A DNA stretch of 64,000 bases from a virus. The translations under genes were made by a program, and so were the position numbers. The notes under the pieces were generated by a model. That model was not told the DNA's origin and did no database searches. It saw only the letters and a list, made by a program, of their open reading frames with translations. The stretch covers positions 96,001 through 160,000 of the IMG/VR virus record IMGVR_UViG_3300043570_004127, one strand, 5' to 3'. Within the stretch, counting starts at the first letter, position 1, and every line of letters starts with the position of its first letter. Below, piece by piece: positions 17,701 through 26,634 of this stretch.

Positions 17701-19716
17701 GCGGTAAATCCGCTTCTTGGTATTGCCACTGCTGGACTAGGAAGCGCAATGTCAGCAAAAACAAAAATGGGTGGTGTTGCTTCCGGTGCTGCCGGTGGCG
17801 CGGCACTTGGAATGATGGTTGGTGGACCACTCGGTGCCGCTGCAGGAGCTCTACTAGGTGCGACGTTTGGTTTTTTTAAAGCAAAAGCAAACCAAAGCAA
17901 AATGGTTAAAGATGCGGTCAAGAAAATTGGCATGAATCAACTTGCTGGAATAGCTGCGAAAGCTGTTGAAGGAGCGTTGATAGGTACCACAAATCTTGCA
18001 CGAAAGAAGATGGCGGATACTAGTAAATTAGCCGATGCTTTCAGAGGTGCAAAAACAGAAGAGGAAAGAAAGAAAGTTCTCGCTCAATACTCCACTGGTC
18101 CTGGTGCAATTCTTTCCGGCAATACATTAAGCCTTGCAACTGGTAGCAATTACACCTCTACACAAGAACAATTGGATAAAAACGTCGAAGAACAAAAAAA
18201 ATTAACTCCAATGTTCAACCGTTTCGACGGCGTAATGAAAGCGCTCGGTGGAACCACCAAAATGACGTCTGCCGAAATATTTGATTTGGCAATGCGCAAA
18301 AACGTAGACCTGTATGACAGCACCCAGAGCCTTGCTGACATCACCAAGAAGCTCGGTATTGGAATGGCAAAAACAGCCCAGCAGATGAAAGATGCGTTTA
18401 AGGACATACGCATTGGTGCTCAGGGTGTGTATAACGAGTACAAAAAAGGAAAAGAGATAAAGGACTCACTGCAGGGTGCGGGAAACACTCTAAGAGGTGG
18501 GAATAACTCCGCAGACGCAATGGCTGATTATCTCAATAAATTTGGCGACTATCTAGATTACAAAAAACCCAACTCTCCGCTCTCAAACATTGTCCAAACA
18601 ATAAAGTCATTTGGTAGTGGCGAGGCTTTTGGTACCGGTGCATACTTCCAAAAAGGAGGGGTTCTGAGTGGTGTAACACAGACCGCAGAAGCACAGGCAC
18701 TGGGCGCTGATTACACGTCTCAATTAAAAATAGGCGCTGCCGAAACAGTTGCAAATCAACTTGGTTCACAGTTACTGGGAGCAAACATTCAGGGTGTTGA
18801 CCCAACCTTGTTGCGCAATCAAATCAAAGGTCGAACACTGAACCTTATGAGCACCGTAGAAGCTGGAAGCGCAGCCGGAGCAACAGAAGAACAAAAAACA
18901 GCTGCAGCTGCTGCAGCAGCCCAAATAAAACAAATTGAAGAATTTGTGTTGGACCCAACCAAACTTCAGGGCAAGACCGCTGGTCAGGCCACGGATATGC
19001 TCAACAAGCTTTTGTATGGTGGTTCGAAAAATTCGCCGTTTGGCAAAGGTCAGCTTTCGCTTGAGAACGTAGCCAAGGATTTAATCGAAGTAAAACTTGA
19101 TAGGGACCAGTTGGAGAAAGATTTCTCGGCTGCCGTCAGTGCGGCTTTTGCACAAACATTAGATTCGCCAGACTGGTGGAATCAGGCTCCAAACTGGTGG
19201 AACTGGAAATTCGACCCTGCCACTGGACAGTTCTCGCCACCAGACACACGGTCCCCACGACGTGGCCGTATAGGCGACACAGGAGCCCCTAGAGCGCTTG
19301 GAGCCACAATGTCGGCACATAATGCTATGAACTCAAAACTGACCGGAAAACGCACCGTAACAAGCTCATTCAGAACAAACAACCTAGGTTCTCCAAGTAG
19401 CGACCATGCAGCCGGAAGGGCGTATGACCTTACAGGACAGAACCTGGGCCAGTACGCGTCGCTAGCTAAGGCGTCAGGAGGTTTTGCTGAGTTCCACGGT
19501 GCCGCTAGTTCCAGGCATCTTCATGTTGTTCCTTCACTTGCACCATCTGGAGATACATCTAGTCCGATGAGTTCCAACATGTCACCTACTGGAACCACGT
19601 ACAACGGCGGAAACATATCAATTACCATTGTTGAGTCTAAAGATGCCAGAGCAACAGCAAGGGAAGTCGCTAACGAAATTATTGCTATGCAAAAGAACGA
19701 AAGAAGGAGAATGTAA
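14701..19716 (+). CDS. Tape measure protein with a C-terminal M15/LAS-type peptidase-like domain
   Basis: 1671 aa, Ala/Gly-rich and helical with TM-like stretches. C-terminal TSSFR...SDHAAGRAYDL...HLHV. Confidence 0.88.
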   Translation: MAADERATITIDVDVKNLNRLQQVTAALEAMGVASEVNAAKFGNLTGAMTGHSRASNKASKDSQRLYEKISILDKVSMQFTKQARKLMLGVMAMSIEFGVSALALASVNALFVIGKVLVKSYQLAMQGLAAGLASVGVAAIAAAAAFSEMQTAQFAFRYSSDSTTNSMDKSSLALRGLYKDTQLNIYGMKALSAAFAGVSKNSTFTAGSQKMLQGFSDFIASSGDPTKAMQAAANAIGLIQKKQTGTSKQMSTEAINAIKQINPALADLAKKGGGGFGNKDKFIEALLDGSLAEKSGVAGAASNVAGTLFAQFKSYLTSSFVELADVGKRVLEPVKKAMHAIFTSLTKNFRRISSDLVAFGQGPFLKSLVTAVDKLGEFAVMLIRKVLPTTEGFSKRISGIFYQLQRYFYQVTTSLDKMRDGGTIVIKTFGEPILEIFKQIGKSARNIGELAVKHKDSFLKFGEALKNIVVGFFDLSKTFKEAFTGALPVITTVLNAIAKIVSAVNKVFGMLTGPNNPIGSAIGIFAMGGMALKGTRAAQRKRRYSGSGGGGIPGYNEVSEMDWAARGLPMPSNASGAATAAGGGTSLSGAMAVAASAASEALTTGLAPGIGSVTGASNAAATALNKLATTASGASMKGGMKGGSVDDYGYIEKMPTRLPGQSQADYMRDRTRYIMNNRGDDLRDLESRGPLYEPLIAPDGRVGSGGGRTPQINRGQRYDSFGLPIAGGAATTREQYKSQRFDISKKSDAFARLLGYSDTTAGRAADSLWNSPEFLNSAAQDSMTRSQKLMSFLRPKGKRASDLYAETKGGLKSFLPNTGATMKGQALQVKDTLKNSPQALKSFWRGSGGGITGAMSGGGTTGASAAAGGGRVINAGPGSIRDIGLKGKLGYLGGRTLFGQGYKGGTFGTELKNLVTGKNMRDRYQMSLANQQAVFAKNNPEAAAAGVKMQGSRLKAMKAATKANLSGLGGMGAMAAGYAASRFGNEENMGALQAGAGMMAVNPLLGIATAGLGSAMSAKTKMGGVASGAAGGAALGMMVGGPLGAAAGALLGATFGFFKAKANQSKMVKDAVKKIGMNQLAGIAAKAVEGALIGTTNLARKKMADTSKLADAFRGAKTEEERKKVLAQYSTGPGAILSGNTLSLATGSNYTSTQEQLDKNVEEQKKLTPMFNRFDGVMKALGGTTKMTSAEIFDLAMRKNVDLYDSTQSLADITKKLGIGMAKTAQQMKDAFKDIRIGAQGVYNEYKKGKEIKDSLQGAGNTLRGGNNSADAMADYLNKFGDYLDYKKPNSPLSNIVQTIKSFGSGEAFGTGAYFQKGGVLSGVTQTAEAQALGADYTSQLKIGAAETVANQLGSQLLGANIQGVDPTLLRNQIKGRTLNLMSTVEAGSAAGATEEQKTAAAAAAAQIKQIEEFVLDPTKLQGKTAGQATDMLNKLLYGGSKNSPFGKGQLSLENVAKDLIEVKLDRDQLEKDFSAAVSAAFAQTLDSPDWWNQAPNWWNWKFDPATGQFSPPDTRSPRRGRIGDTGAPRALGATMSAHNAMNSKLTGKRTVTSSFRTNNLGSPSSDHAAGRAYDLTGQNLGQYASLAKASGGFAEFHGAASSRHLHVVPSLAPSGDTSSPMSSNMSPTGTTYNGGNISITIVESKDARATAREVANEIIAMQKNERRRM

Positions 19717-19718
19717 TC

Positions 19719-20354
19719 ATGGCACTTTCAGTGACAGGGAGACCAGTGGCACAATCGACTTATACCGGAATCAGCTTTAATGCTCTCAAAAGAACAGCTA
19801 GGAACGGTTCAGCGTTTCGTGCAATGAATCAAATAAACTCGTTTGTCCGTGGGAAAAAACCGCTTGAATACCTGTTTCTTTATGCTCCGGCATCGTTTAC
19901 CCATGAGGGCTATGGCGTTAACCTAAACGAAATACAGAGACCATATTTAGCACCAATCGTTGATGTGACTGGTGGTAAAGCACGAAAGGCGAGTTTTCAG
20001 TTCATCATTACTGACGCGGATGACTCTTTCTTTACTGCCGTAGATGATGAAATATCCTATGTTCAAGCATTTGCCGACAACGGAATACCGGTCAGTTTTA
20101 ATTCAGTTCATAAACAATTAGATTCTTCTTTTTGGTACATAGACAACATGACATTTACTCATGCGCGCTCCAACCTAGCTGGCAGAACAGTGAGCGCTCA
20201 GTGCGATGTTTCCCTAACAGAGTACCTACCTTCATCAAAAAACTTCATCCAACTCCCAAGGTTTAAGTATGGGAATATTACTCAGATAACTAAGAAAAAG
20301 ATTACGACTCCAGGAGTGGACCCGGACGACATTGCGGCAGCGCTTAAAGGATAA
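19719..20354 (+). CDS. Tube initiator / baseplate hub-associated protein
   Basis: Position after the TMP. RPYLAP and VSLTEY resemble P2 gpU / CIS tube-like proteins. Confidence 0.55.
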   Translation: MALSVTGRPVAQSTYTGISFNALKRTARNGSAFRAMNQINSFVRGKKPLEYLFLYAPASFTHEGYGVNLNEIQRPYLAPIVDVTGGKARKASFQFIITDADDSFFTAVDDEISYVQAFADNGIPVSFNSVHKQLDSSFWYIDNMTFTHARSNLAGRTVSAQCDVSLTEYLPSSKNFIQLPRFKYGNITQITKKKITTPGVDPDDIAAALKG

Positions 20355-20363
20355 ACACTTACG

Positions 20364-21779
20364 ATGTTTCCTGATTATCCAACTGCTGACGAAGCAAAAA
20401 TAAGTGCGTCATATATTCTTGCTTATGGAAATATAAATCTTCGCACCCGTCCATTGTCTCTTCTTGTCAGCGGAAAAGTTGACGCATCTTTTTGCTTCCT
20501 TCACCCGACAGTTTTTGATGATGGTACTCCGATATTTGCTTTAATACCGCAAGTATCGGATGACGGAAGAAAATTGACTCAAAAACAAGCCATAGATTTG
20601 TATCAAATTTCTAATAGGCATTTCGGCAAATTTGCATTTAAGGTAGCCGGAAAACCACCGGTACACCCAGCGCGTCTATATCAGAACGTTCTCATTGCCA
20701 GAGAACTCGCTATTTTGAAATCTCAAAAAGCGGCAGGAATAGTAGCCGGAGACGCATACTTTCCAGTATCTCTCAATCCAGACGAGAACAAACGAAATCT
20801 CAGCGGAATACTGCAAGTAACAGATTTATTTGGAGCAGCCCAAAAGTATTTCGAGGAAAACTTATTCGAGGTAACAGTTGACTACAAGATGGACATGGGC
20901 TCAGAAGTCACGTTCAAGGTCATGGATAATGGCTACAACATGATGGATAAAAACTATTTTGTGGTACGAAGGGACATCACCTACAGAGGACGCAATTACG
21001 AAATAGCCGCTGTTAATTCCGGACCCGGGGAGGGTGGTTCACCAATAATCAGTGTTTCTGCCAGAAATAAAGGGATACAGCAAATGCGCAGAGATAAACT
21101 TCCGAGAACGATAAGCGGTGGAACGGCCTACGAATACGCAGCCGCAGCTGCCAAAAAATTTGGTATGGGGTTTATTGGTCAGAAAACAAACACGGTCCAC
21201 TCCACATTTAAGTCGGGTGGTTCAAATAACAATAAATCAACATGGGATGTTTTGAAAGACCAAGCGCAGGGCAATCAATATGTGGTTTTCGAAATTGACA
21301 ACATTCTAATATTTGGTTCTCATCAGTGGCTAATGTGGAAATTTGGGAACTGGATGAAGGGGGGGAAGAGGTTTGTTCCATTATTATATGTACCAGGATT
21401 TACTGGAGAGGATTTAAGTAAAGTACTCATTGATTCGGACGATACCTCGAACATTTTTCAACTCGAAAAATGGCACACTTTCAATACTGACGACCAAGAC
21501 CCTATGGCTGCCACGGGAAGCTGCAGTGTATTAATGCCAAACGGTGGTGCCTTGAGGCCAGGAATGACGGCCGTATGCGGACCATACCCTGACTATTTCT
21601 ATGGTGGCTACATAATCACAGACGTGAACTATACTGAAGGTTCTCCAGGCCCAGCAAGTGTCTCATTTAGAACGCCAGAAGAACCCCGAAATCAAAAAGG
21701 GCTCCCAATCAAGCCAAGAACAGGTAGCAAGCCAGCAATCCCAATCCCGGTTGGAAGCGTATCCGTAGTTGCGGTGTAG
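20364..21779 (+). CDS. Baseplate hub protein with an extra N-terminal domain
   Basis: Position, plus STWDVLK, LRPGMT and YIITDV hub-like motifs. Confidence 0.65.
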   Translation: MFPDYPTADEAKISASYILAYGNINLRTRPLSLLVSGKVDASFCFLHPTVFDDGTPIFALIPQVSDDGRKLTQKQAIDLYQISNRHFGKFAFKVAGKPPVHPARLYQNVLIARELAILKSQKAAGIVAGDAYFPVSLNPDENKRNLSGILQVTDLFGAAQKYFEENLFEVTVDYKMDMGSEVTFKVMDNGYNMMDKNYFVVRRDITYRGRNYEIAAVNSGPGEGGSPIISVSARNKGIQQMRRDKLPRTISGGTAYEYAAAAAKKFGMGFIGQKTNTVHSTFKSGGSNNNKSTWDVLKDQAQGNQYVVFEIDNILIFGSHQWLMWKFGNWMKGGKRFVPLLYVPGFTGEDLSKVLIDSDDTSNIFQLEKWHTFNTDDQDPMAATGSCSVLMPNGGALRPGMTAVCGPYPDYFYGGYIITDVNYTEGSPGPASVSFRTPEEPRNQKGLPIKPRTGSKPAIPIPVGSVSVVAV

Positions 21780-21786
21780 GACAATC

Positions 21787-22194
21787 ATGACTTTTTATGA
21801 CCACATAGACGATTTTAGCAACCCGGTTAAGGGTAACGCTGGCGCAAAACGTCCTGTAGGGCTGTATCTGGGTAAGGTCGTTCGTGTTTCTGGGGGGATA
21901 TTTATATCCATACCAACGCTTGCTCCTGGTAGTACTTTTGGCCCCTGTAAAACATTTGGAAGTTACCCAGTGATTGGTCAATCTATTTTATGTGGATTCC
22001 TTGACGGTAAATTTGAAGAACCTGTCGTAATAGGTAAATCTACTCAGTCAAAAGTCTTGAAAGATGTAGATACTCCAGTCGACAGCACCGATGGAAGTAA
22101 TAAACTATATGTGGACACTCAGATAGCAAACCTGCTTTCTTATGTAAATACGCAGCTAGCGACAAAGGCGAACAACGGTCATGGACACTCTTAA
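21787..22194 (+). CDS. Baseplate spike (gpV/gp5 OB-fold-like)
   Basis: GLYLGKVV...P.IG..ILCGFLDG..EPVVIG, ending in HGHS (possible metal-binding tip). Start moved to ATG 21787. Confidence 0.7.
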   Translation: MTFYDHIDDFSNPVKGNAGAKRPVGLYLGKVVRVSGGIFISIPTLAPGSTFGPCKTFGSYPVIGQSILCGFLDGKFEEPVVIGKSTQSKVLKDVDTPVDSTDGSNKLYVDTQIANLLSYVNTQLATKANNGHGHS

Positions 22195-22483
22195 ACTCCC
22201 AATAGTATTTGATAAGGGTAGGGTTGGTTTGTTGCAGGAAAATACCCGTGATTACTATAACCAGGCCGTAGCTATTGCGTGCCGAATCGAAAAGGGCGAG
22301 TTGGCTCTTGAGCCAACATATGGTGTAAAAGATTCTACTTTTGAAACATTTAGGAAATCCGAGCTAAATTACACGCTTTCAACATTCTGGCCAGAAATTC
22401 GAATAGTAAAACTTGAACAAGACAGGCCTGATAAAAACGGCTCATCTCGTTTGCTTATCGATTTTGCTTTTGAGGGAGAGTAA
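22181..22483 (+). CDS. Baseplate wedge gp25/gpW-like
   Basis: KGE..LEPTYG, WPEIRI; 100 aa, upstream of the J-like gene. Confidence 0.8.
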   Translation: MDTLKLPIVFDKGRVGLLQENTRDYYNQAVAIACRIEKGELALEPTYGVKDSTFETFRKSELNYTLSTFWPEIRIVKLEQDRPDKNGSSRLLIDFAFEGE

Positions 22484-22485
22484 TC

Positions 22486-23979
22486 ATGGCATCTCCGGAT
22501 TTTTCGAACTACATCGACCTAACAGTAAACGACAAGCAACCAGATGAGATATACAACGAGGCTGTTGATTATGCAAAAATAGCATTGCCCGAGTTTTCTC
22601 CTCGCTCCGGAACGGTTGAGGATGCAGTTTTGCAATCAACAGCGTACATGGCTGGCGTTACATCTGGAGCGATAAACCGACTTCCGAATGGCCTCATGGA
22701 AGGAATAATGAGGTTAATCGGTGTTGTTAGAAAAGAAGCAACATTCGGTTCTGTGGATGTTGAATTTACCCTTAGCGGTGATGGACTAACGGTTCCAGCT
22801 GAAACAATTGTTTACTTCCAAACGACGGATGGAGACATAACGGTTCAATATCCATTTATTCTATCGGCCGATACAACTGCTGTTAGTAGTGAGTCGACAG
22901 TAACCGCCACCCTAACATCCCAAATCGGTGGAATCCTGCCAACAATGGACATCGGAACAATTCTTAGTTTGTCGCAAGCAAATACTGTTGTTCTGTCGGC
23001 AGCGACCGCGTCGAACGTAACGCAGGGAGCAAGAGCAGAAACCGAAGCCGAATATTTTGAAAGGGCAACTACTTACTTGGAATCGCTTTCCTCCTGTCTC
23101 GCCACGGCCAAACAGGTTGAGAACTATATTCTTGCAAACTATTCCGAAGTATATAGATGCAAGGTTTACGATTTAACACAAGCGATTACCTACGAAGCAC
23201 CCGCGAGTGCCGTAAATGCTGAAAAATCCGGATACTCAACAACCGTTCTTGCGGATTCCGATTTCGTCATAGCTCTCTATCAGCTCGACTCTCAGATAGT
23301 TAGAGCCGTGACTCCTTCATTGTCTCTCTCTAGTTATGAATCAACAATTCCTTCTGGACATTACATTGGAGCATCGGTTGGGGCTTCGGCTGGAAGCTCT
23401 TCGGTTGCTTACTCAGATTCAGCATCCGTGCTCGGGCAATATGGTCCTATAAGCCTTATTGCACTTGAATCGCTGCTTCTCGCAGACGTAGGCGACAACC
23501 CAGGGCATTTTGTTATCTTCATGTGCGACCAGGACGGAATGCCGGTTCTATCCAGTATTAAAAATGAGATTTACACTGATGTGGCTGAAAAAATCACAGC
23601 CGGTTTAACCTTTAAGATATTAGACGCATTTCCAGTGGACATCGATTTCACTGTAACTATTTCTGTTGATGCAGAGTTCGGAGCGAGCACTGTTGCCACA
23701 TCGCTAGCCGCAGACCTCGAAACGTACATGTCCGTTGCGGAATGGCCAAACTGGAACTCTTTTGTCCGTATATTCGACGTCGTTGTAAGGTCAAGCAAGA
23801 TTGCCGGAGTATCTTACGTTTACAGCGTTACACCATCGATACCAACTTCGGCAGAAGGTGCAATGGAGGGAAATGAAGACCTTCTCTCTGAGGTAACTGA
23901 CGATGGAAACCTTCTTGGTTATCAATTTCTTTATGCTGGAGTGATGCCTAGGGCGACAGTGGAAGTGCTCGTTATTTAA
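22486..23979 (+). CDS. Baseplate J-like protein
   Basis: LPEFSPRSG, GVVRKEA, GARAETEAEYFER. Confidence 0.85.
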   Translation: MASPDFSNYIDLTVNDKQPDEIYNEAVDYAKIALPEFSPRSGTVEDAVLQSTAYMAGVTSGAINRLPNGLMEGIMRLIGVVRKEATFGSVDVEFTLSGDGLTVPAETIVYFQTTDGDITVQYPFILSADTTAVSSESTVTATLTSQIGGILPTMDIGTILSLSQANTVVLSAATASNVTQGARAETEAEYFERATTYLESLSSCLATAKQVENYILANYSEVYRCKVYDLTQAITYEAPASAVNAEKSGYSTTVLADSDFVIALYQLDSQIVRAVTPSLSLSSYESTIPSGHYIGASVGASAGSSSVAYSDSASVLGQYGPISLIALESLLLADVGDNPGHFVIFMCDQDGMPVLSSIKNEIYTDVAEKITAGLTFKILDAFPVDIDFTVTISVDAEFGASTVATSLAADLETYMSVAEWPNWNSFVRIFDVVVRSSKIAGVSYVYSVTPSIPTSAEGAMEGNEDLLSEVTDDGNLLGYQFLYAGVMPRATVEVLVI

Positions 23980-23980
23980 T

Positions 23981-25252
23981 ATGGGCGCCATAACCAACAG
24001 GCTTTCTGGTGCGCAGTTCACGCTTTCGGAGTTCGGCACTGCCAATTCATGGACCAGCGATGACATGGGCATTTCTGTTGATACAACTTCAGAGCTTTGG
24101 ACTTCTTCGGCCAACAAGCAACTTGCATTAACAATTCTTAACGACGACCATACTGGGACAATACGATTAGATTCTGCAGAAATAGGTTTAAGTGATTTAA
24201 CTAAACCCATCATTTTTACATGTGGTATAAAAATGCCATCTGGAGGAACGGTTGAAGTTAGTCTTGGGCACTCTAGCCAAGAAGAAGAAAACTCTGTCAA
24301 TACCCTCAAGGCAGTGCAGGGCTCGACATCCGTAGTTAACGCAGTTGGAGTTGTAAACCCACAATGGTTCATATTTAGAAGCGACCCGATTATCCCGATT
24401 TCTCCTGTTGGCACAACGGGAATGACAATCCACATAACTTTTACAGCAAACGACGCAACCGCACCTATCTACTTTACTTTGCCGGTTCTATGTCAAAATT
24501 ACGAATTTGCTTCAAAAAACACAATACTTAGCAGCGTGGCGCAGAATATACCAAGAGTGTTTTTGGATATTGACTTTGAACAGACCAGTGGGATAGACCT
24601 CCCATTTATGAGATTGCTTGATATTTTTACAAATGGACTGGATGAATCATATCAACAAATGGGAAAATACGCATATCTGGATATCGAACAAGGCTACAAC
24701 GACTCGGACAACACAACAAAAAGTACGCTAGTCAATCCTGACGTGGCCGACTTTGAAACGCTTACATGGTTGTGTAAATTTACGGGAACAAAACCCGTAA
24801 CACGATACGAATCATCACTAGATACGGTGACAGTACCATTTATTTTGGGAGATGAAATTTCCTCTGGTTCACTTCTTGACAGCGATGATGGTTTGCTGCT
24901 TACCAGTTACACAGAATTGAGTCCTCCGGTTTTCACGCTTGCGAAACAAGTTGAACTACTTAGTTGGCAGGTTGACAATGGGTATTATGGGATTAATGCT
25001 GGTACTCTTCCTGCCGTTGTGGATGCAGCTAAACAACAGCTAACAGGGGAGAAATCAGTTGTTGTGGAGTATGACTATGAAACAACACCATGGGTAATCA
25101 ATCTTTCCAGTGAGTGGTATGAGACATACGGCTCAACGGGCGAGGAAGATGTTGGGAGTTCATCAAAACTCGTTTTGGGTGCTGTTGAATATGCCCGTCC
25201 GCTCGGGGTGAAAATAACACACACAATGACGCATACCGTGACCATACAATGA
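23981..25252 (+). CDS. Baseplate wedge protein (P2 gpI-like C-terminus)
   Basis: TLTWLCKFTG, GTLPAV..AAK, ARPLGVKITH. Confidence 0.65.
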   Translation: MGAITNRLSGAQFTLSEFGTANSWTSDDMGISVDTTSELWTSSANKQLALTILNDDHTGTIRLDSAEIGLSDLTKPIIFTCGIKMPSGGTVEVSLGHSSQEEENSVNTLKAVQGSTSVVNAVGVVNPQWFIFRSDPIIPISPVGTTGMTIHITFTANDATAPIYFTLPVLCQNYEFASKNTILSSVAQNIPRVFLDIDFEQTSGIDLPFMRLLDIFTNGLDESYQQMGKYAYLDIEQGYNDSDNTTKSTLVNPDVADFETLTWLCKFTGTKPVTRYESSLDTVTVPFILGDEISSGSLLDSDDGLLLTSYTELSPPVFTLAKQVELLSWQVDNGYYGINAGTLPAVVDAAKQQLTGEKSVVVEYDYETTPWVINLSSEWYETYGSTGEEDVGSSSKLVLGAVEYARPLGVKITHTMTHTVTIQ

Positions 25253-25346
25253 TTTTGCTTATTGGTACATCTATTGACGTAAATAATTGACATAAATTTA
25301 ATAGGTTATAATTTAGAGACTATCGACGATAAAGGCCCTAGTAACC

Positions 25347-26633
25347 ATGACAATCCAGACATTTACAGCAGGACAAAGACTGACAGCGCTTCAGCTGAAC
25401 ACGCTCCAGGCAAGTGATTTTAATTTTACACGTAACGTTCGAAATGATTTGACGTACACTTTCGCCCTTTCAGATAAAGGTAAATTGGTAGAAAGCACTA
25501 ATGCTGGTGCGGCTGTTTTCACGATAGCCAATGACAGTTCTGTCGAATTTACCGTCGGCGACAGAATCGATGTTCTTCTTGCTTCTGTTGGCTCGGTAAC
25601 CATTTCTCCTGCCTCTGGGGTGACCCTGTATGCCGAGGGCGACATCACAACAGTTGCCTCAGCATGGACAAGGCTCACCCTTATCAAGAGAGCGGAAAAT
25701 TCCTGGGTTATGACCGGTACTGGAATGTCTGTCCAGACCGTGGAACTAGACGACCTTGCAGTCACGACTGCAAAAATCGCCAACCTCAACGTTACAACTG
25801 GAAAAATAGCAGATGATGCGGTTAACGGCGACAAAATTGCGGACTCTTCTGTAACCTCGGCACACATTGTTGATGGGACCATCGTCAACGGGGACGTCAG
25901 TGCTTCTGCAGCGATTGCTTATAGCAAATTGAATCTTGGGACGTCAATCGTTAATGCTGATGTGAGTGCATCTGCTGCGATTGATTATGCCAAGTTAAAT
26001 CTTGGCACATCAATTGTTAATGCTGACGTCAGTGCATCTGCTGCGATTGTTGACACAAAACTTGCAACCATCTCAACCGCCCTAAAGGTATCGAACTCAG
26101 CAACGACAGCAACGAATGCTAATACGGCTTCTGCAATTGTTGCCCGCGATGCTTCTGGCGACTTTTCCGCTGGAACCATTACTGCAAATTTGACAGGCAT
26201 AGCAACCTATACGGCGGAGTGGGTTCTTGGAGCAAATGGTTCTAGTCACTACACTTTTGCAGGACCAGGTTTCACTGGTTCTGAAGACGACCCCATCCTC
26301 CACCTGGTTAGAGGGCAAAAATATAAATTCACAAATACGATGGGAGCTCATCCGTTCAGAATCCAAAGCACTGTAAATGGTTCTACGGGAACTGCGTACA
26401 ATGACGGAATAACAAACAACGATGTTTCGAACGGAACATTAATTTGGGATGTTCAGTTTGACGCTCCTACTGTCCTTTACTACCAATGCACTGCTCACGG
26501 AACAATGGGTGGCGCAATTTATATTGTTAACGACACTGCTTCAATGATTGGTACTCGCACTGTGTTCGTTCAACAAGCTACGCCAACCGCTCTTGCGACT
26601 GGGGATATCTGGTTCCAGGTAACAGGACTCTAA
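25347..26633 (+). CDS. Tail fibre-associated protein: N-terminal baseplate anchor, shared docking module, repeats, cupredoxin-like C-domain
   Basis: QTFTAGQRLTA, YTFALSDKGKLV module, VTTAKIAD repeats, AHPF...YYQCTAHGTMGG. Confidence 0.7.
   Translation: MTIQTFTAGQRLTALQLNTLQASDFNFTRNVRNDLTYTFALSDKGKLVESTNAGAAVFTIANDSSVEFTVGDRIDVLLASVGSVTISPASGVTLYAEGDITTVASAWTRLTLIKRAENSWVMTGTGMSVQTVELDDLAVTTAKIANLNVTTGKIADDAVNGDKIADSSVTSAHIVDGTIVNGDVSASAAIAYSKLNLGTSIVNADVSASAAIDYAKLNLGTSIVNADVSASAAIVDTKLATISTALKVSNSATTATNANTASAIVARDASGDFSAGTITANLTGIATYTAEWVLGANGSSHYTFAGPGFTGSEDDPILHLVRGQKYKFTNTMGAHPFRIQSTVNGSTGTAYNDGITNNDVSNGTLIWDVQFDAPTVLYYQCTAHGTMGGAIYIVNDTASMIGTRTVFVQQATPTALATGDIWFQVTGL
25880..26062 (+). 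repeat. About 3 imperfect 66-bp tandem repeats (IVNADVSASAAIxxxKL)
   Basis: Seen directly: aatgctgaygtsagtgcatctgctgcgattg recurs. Confidence 0.8.
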
Positions 26634-26634
26634 T

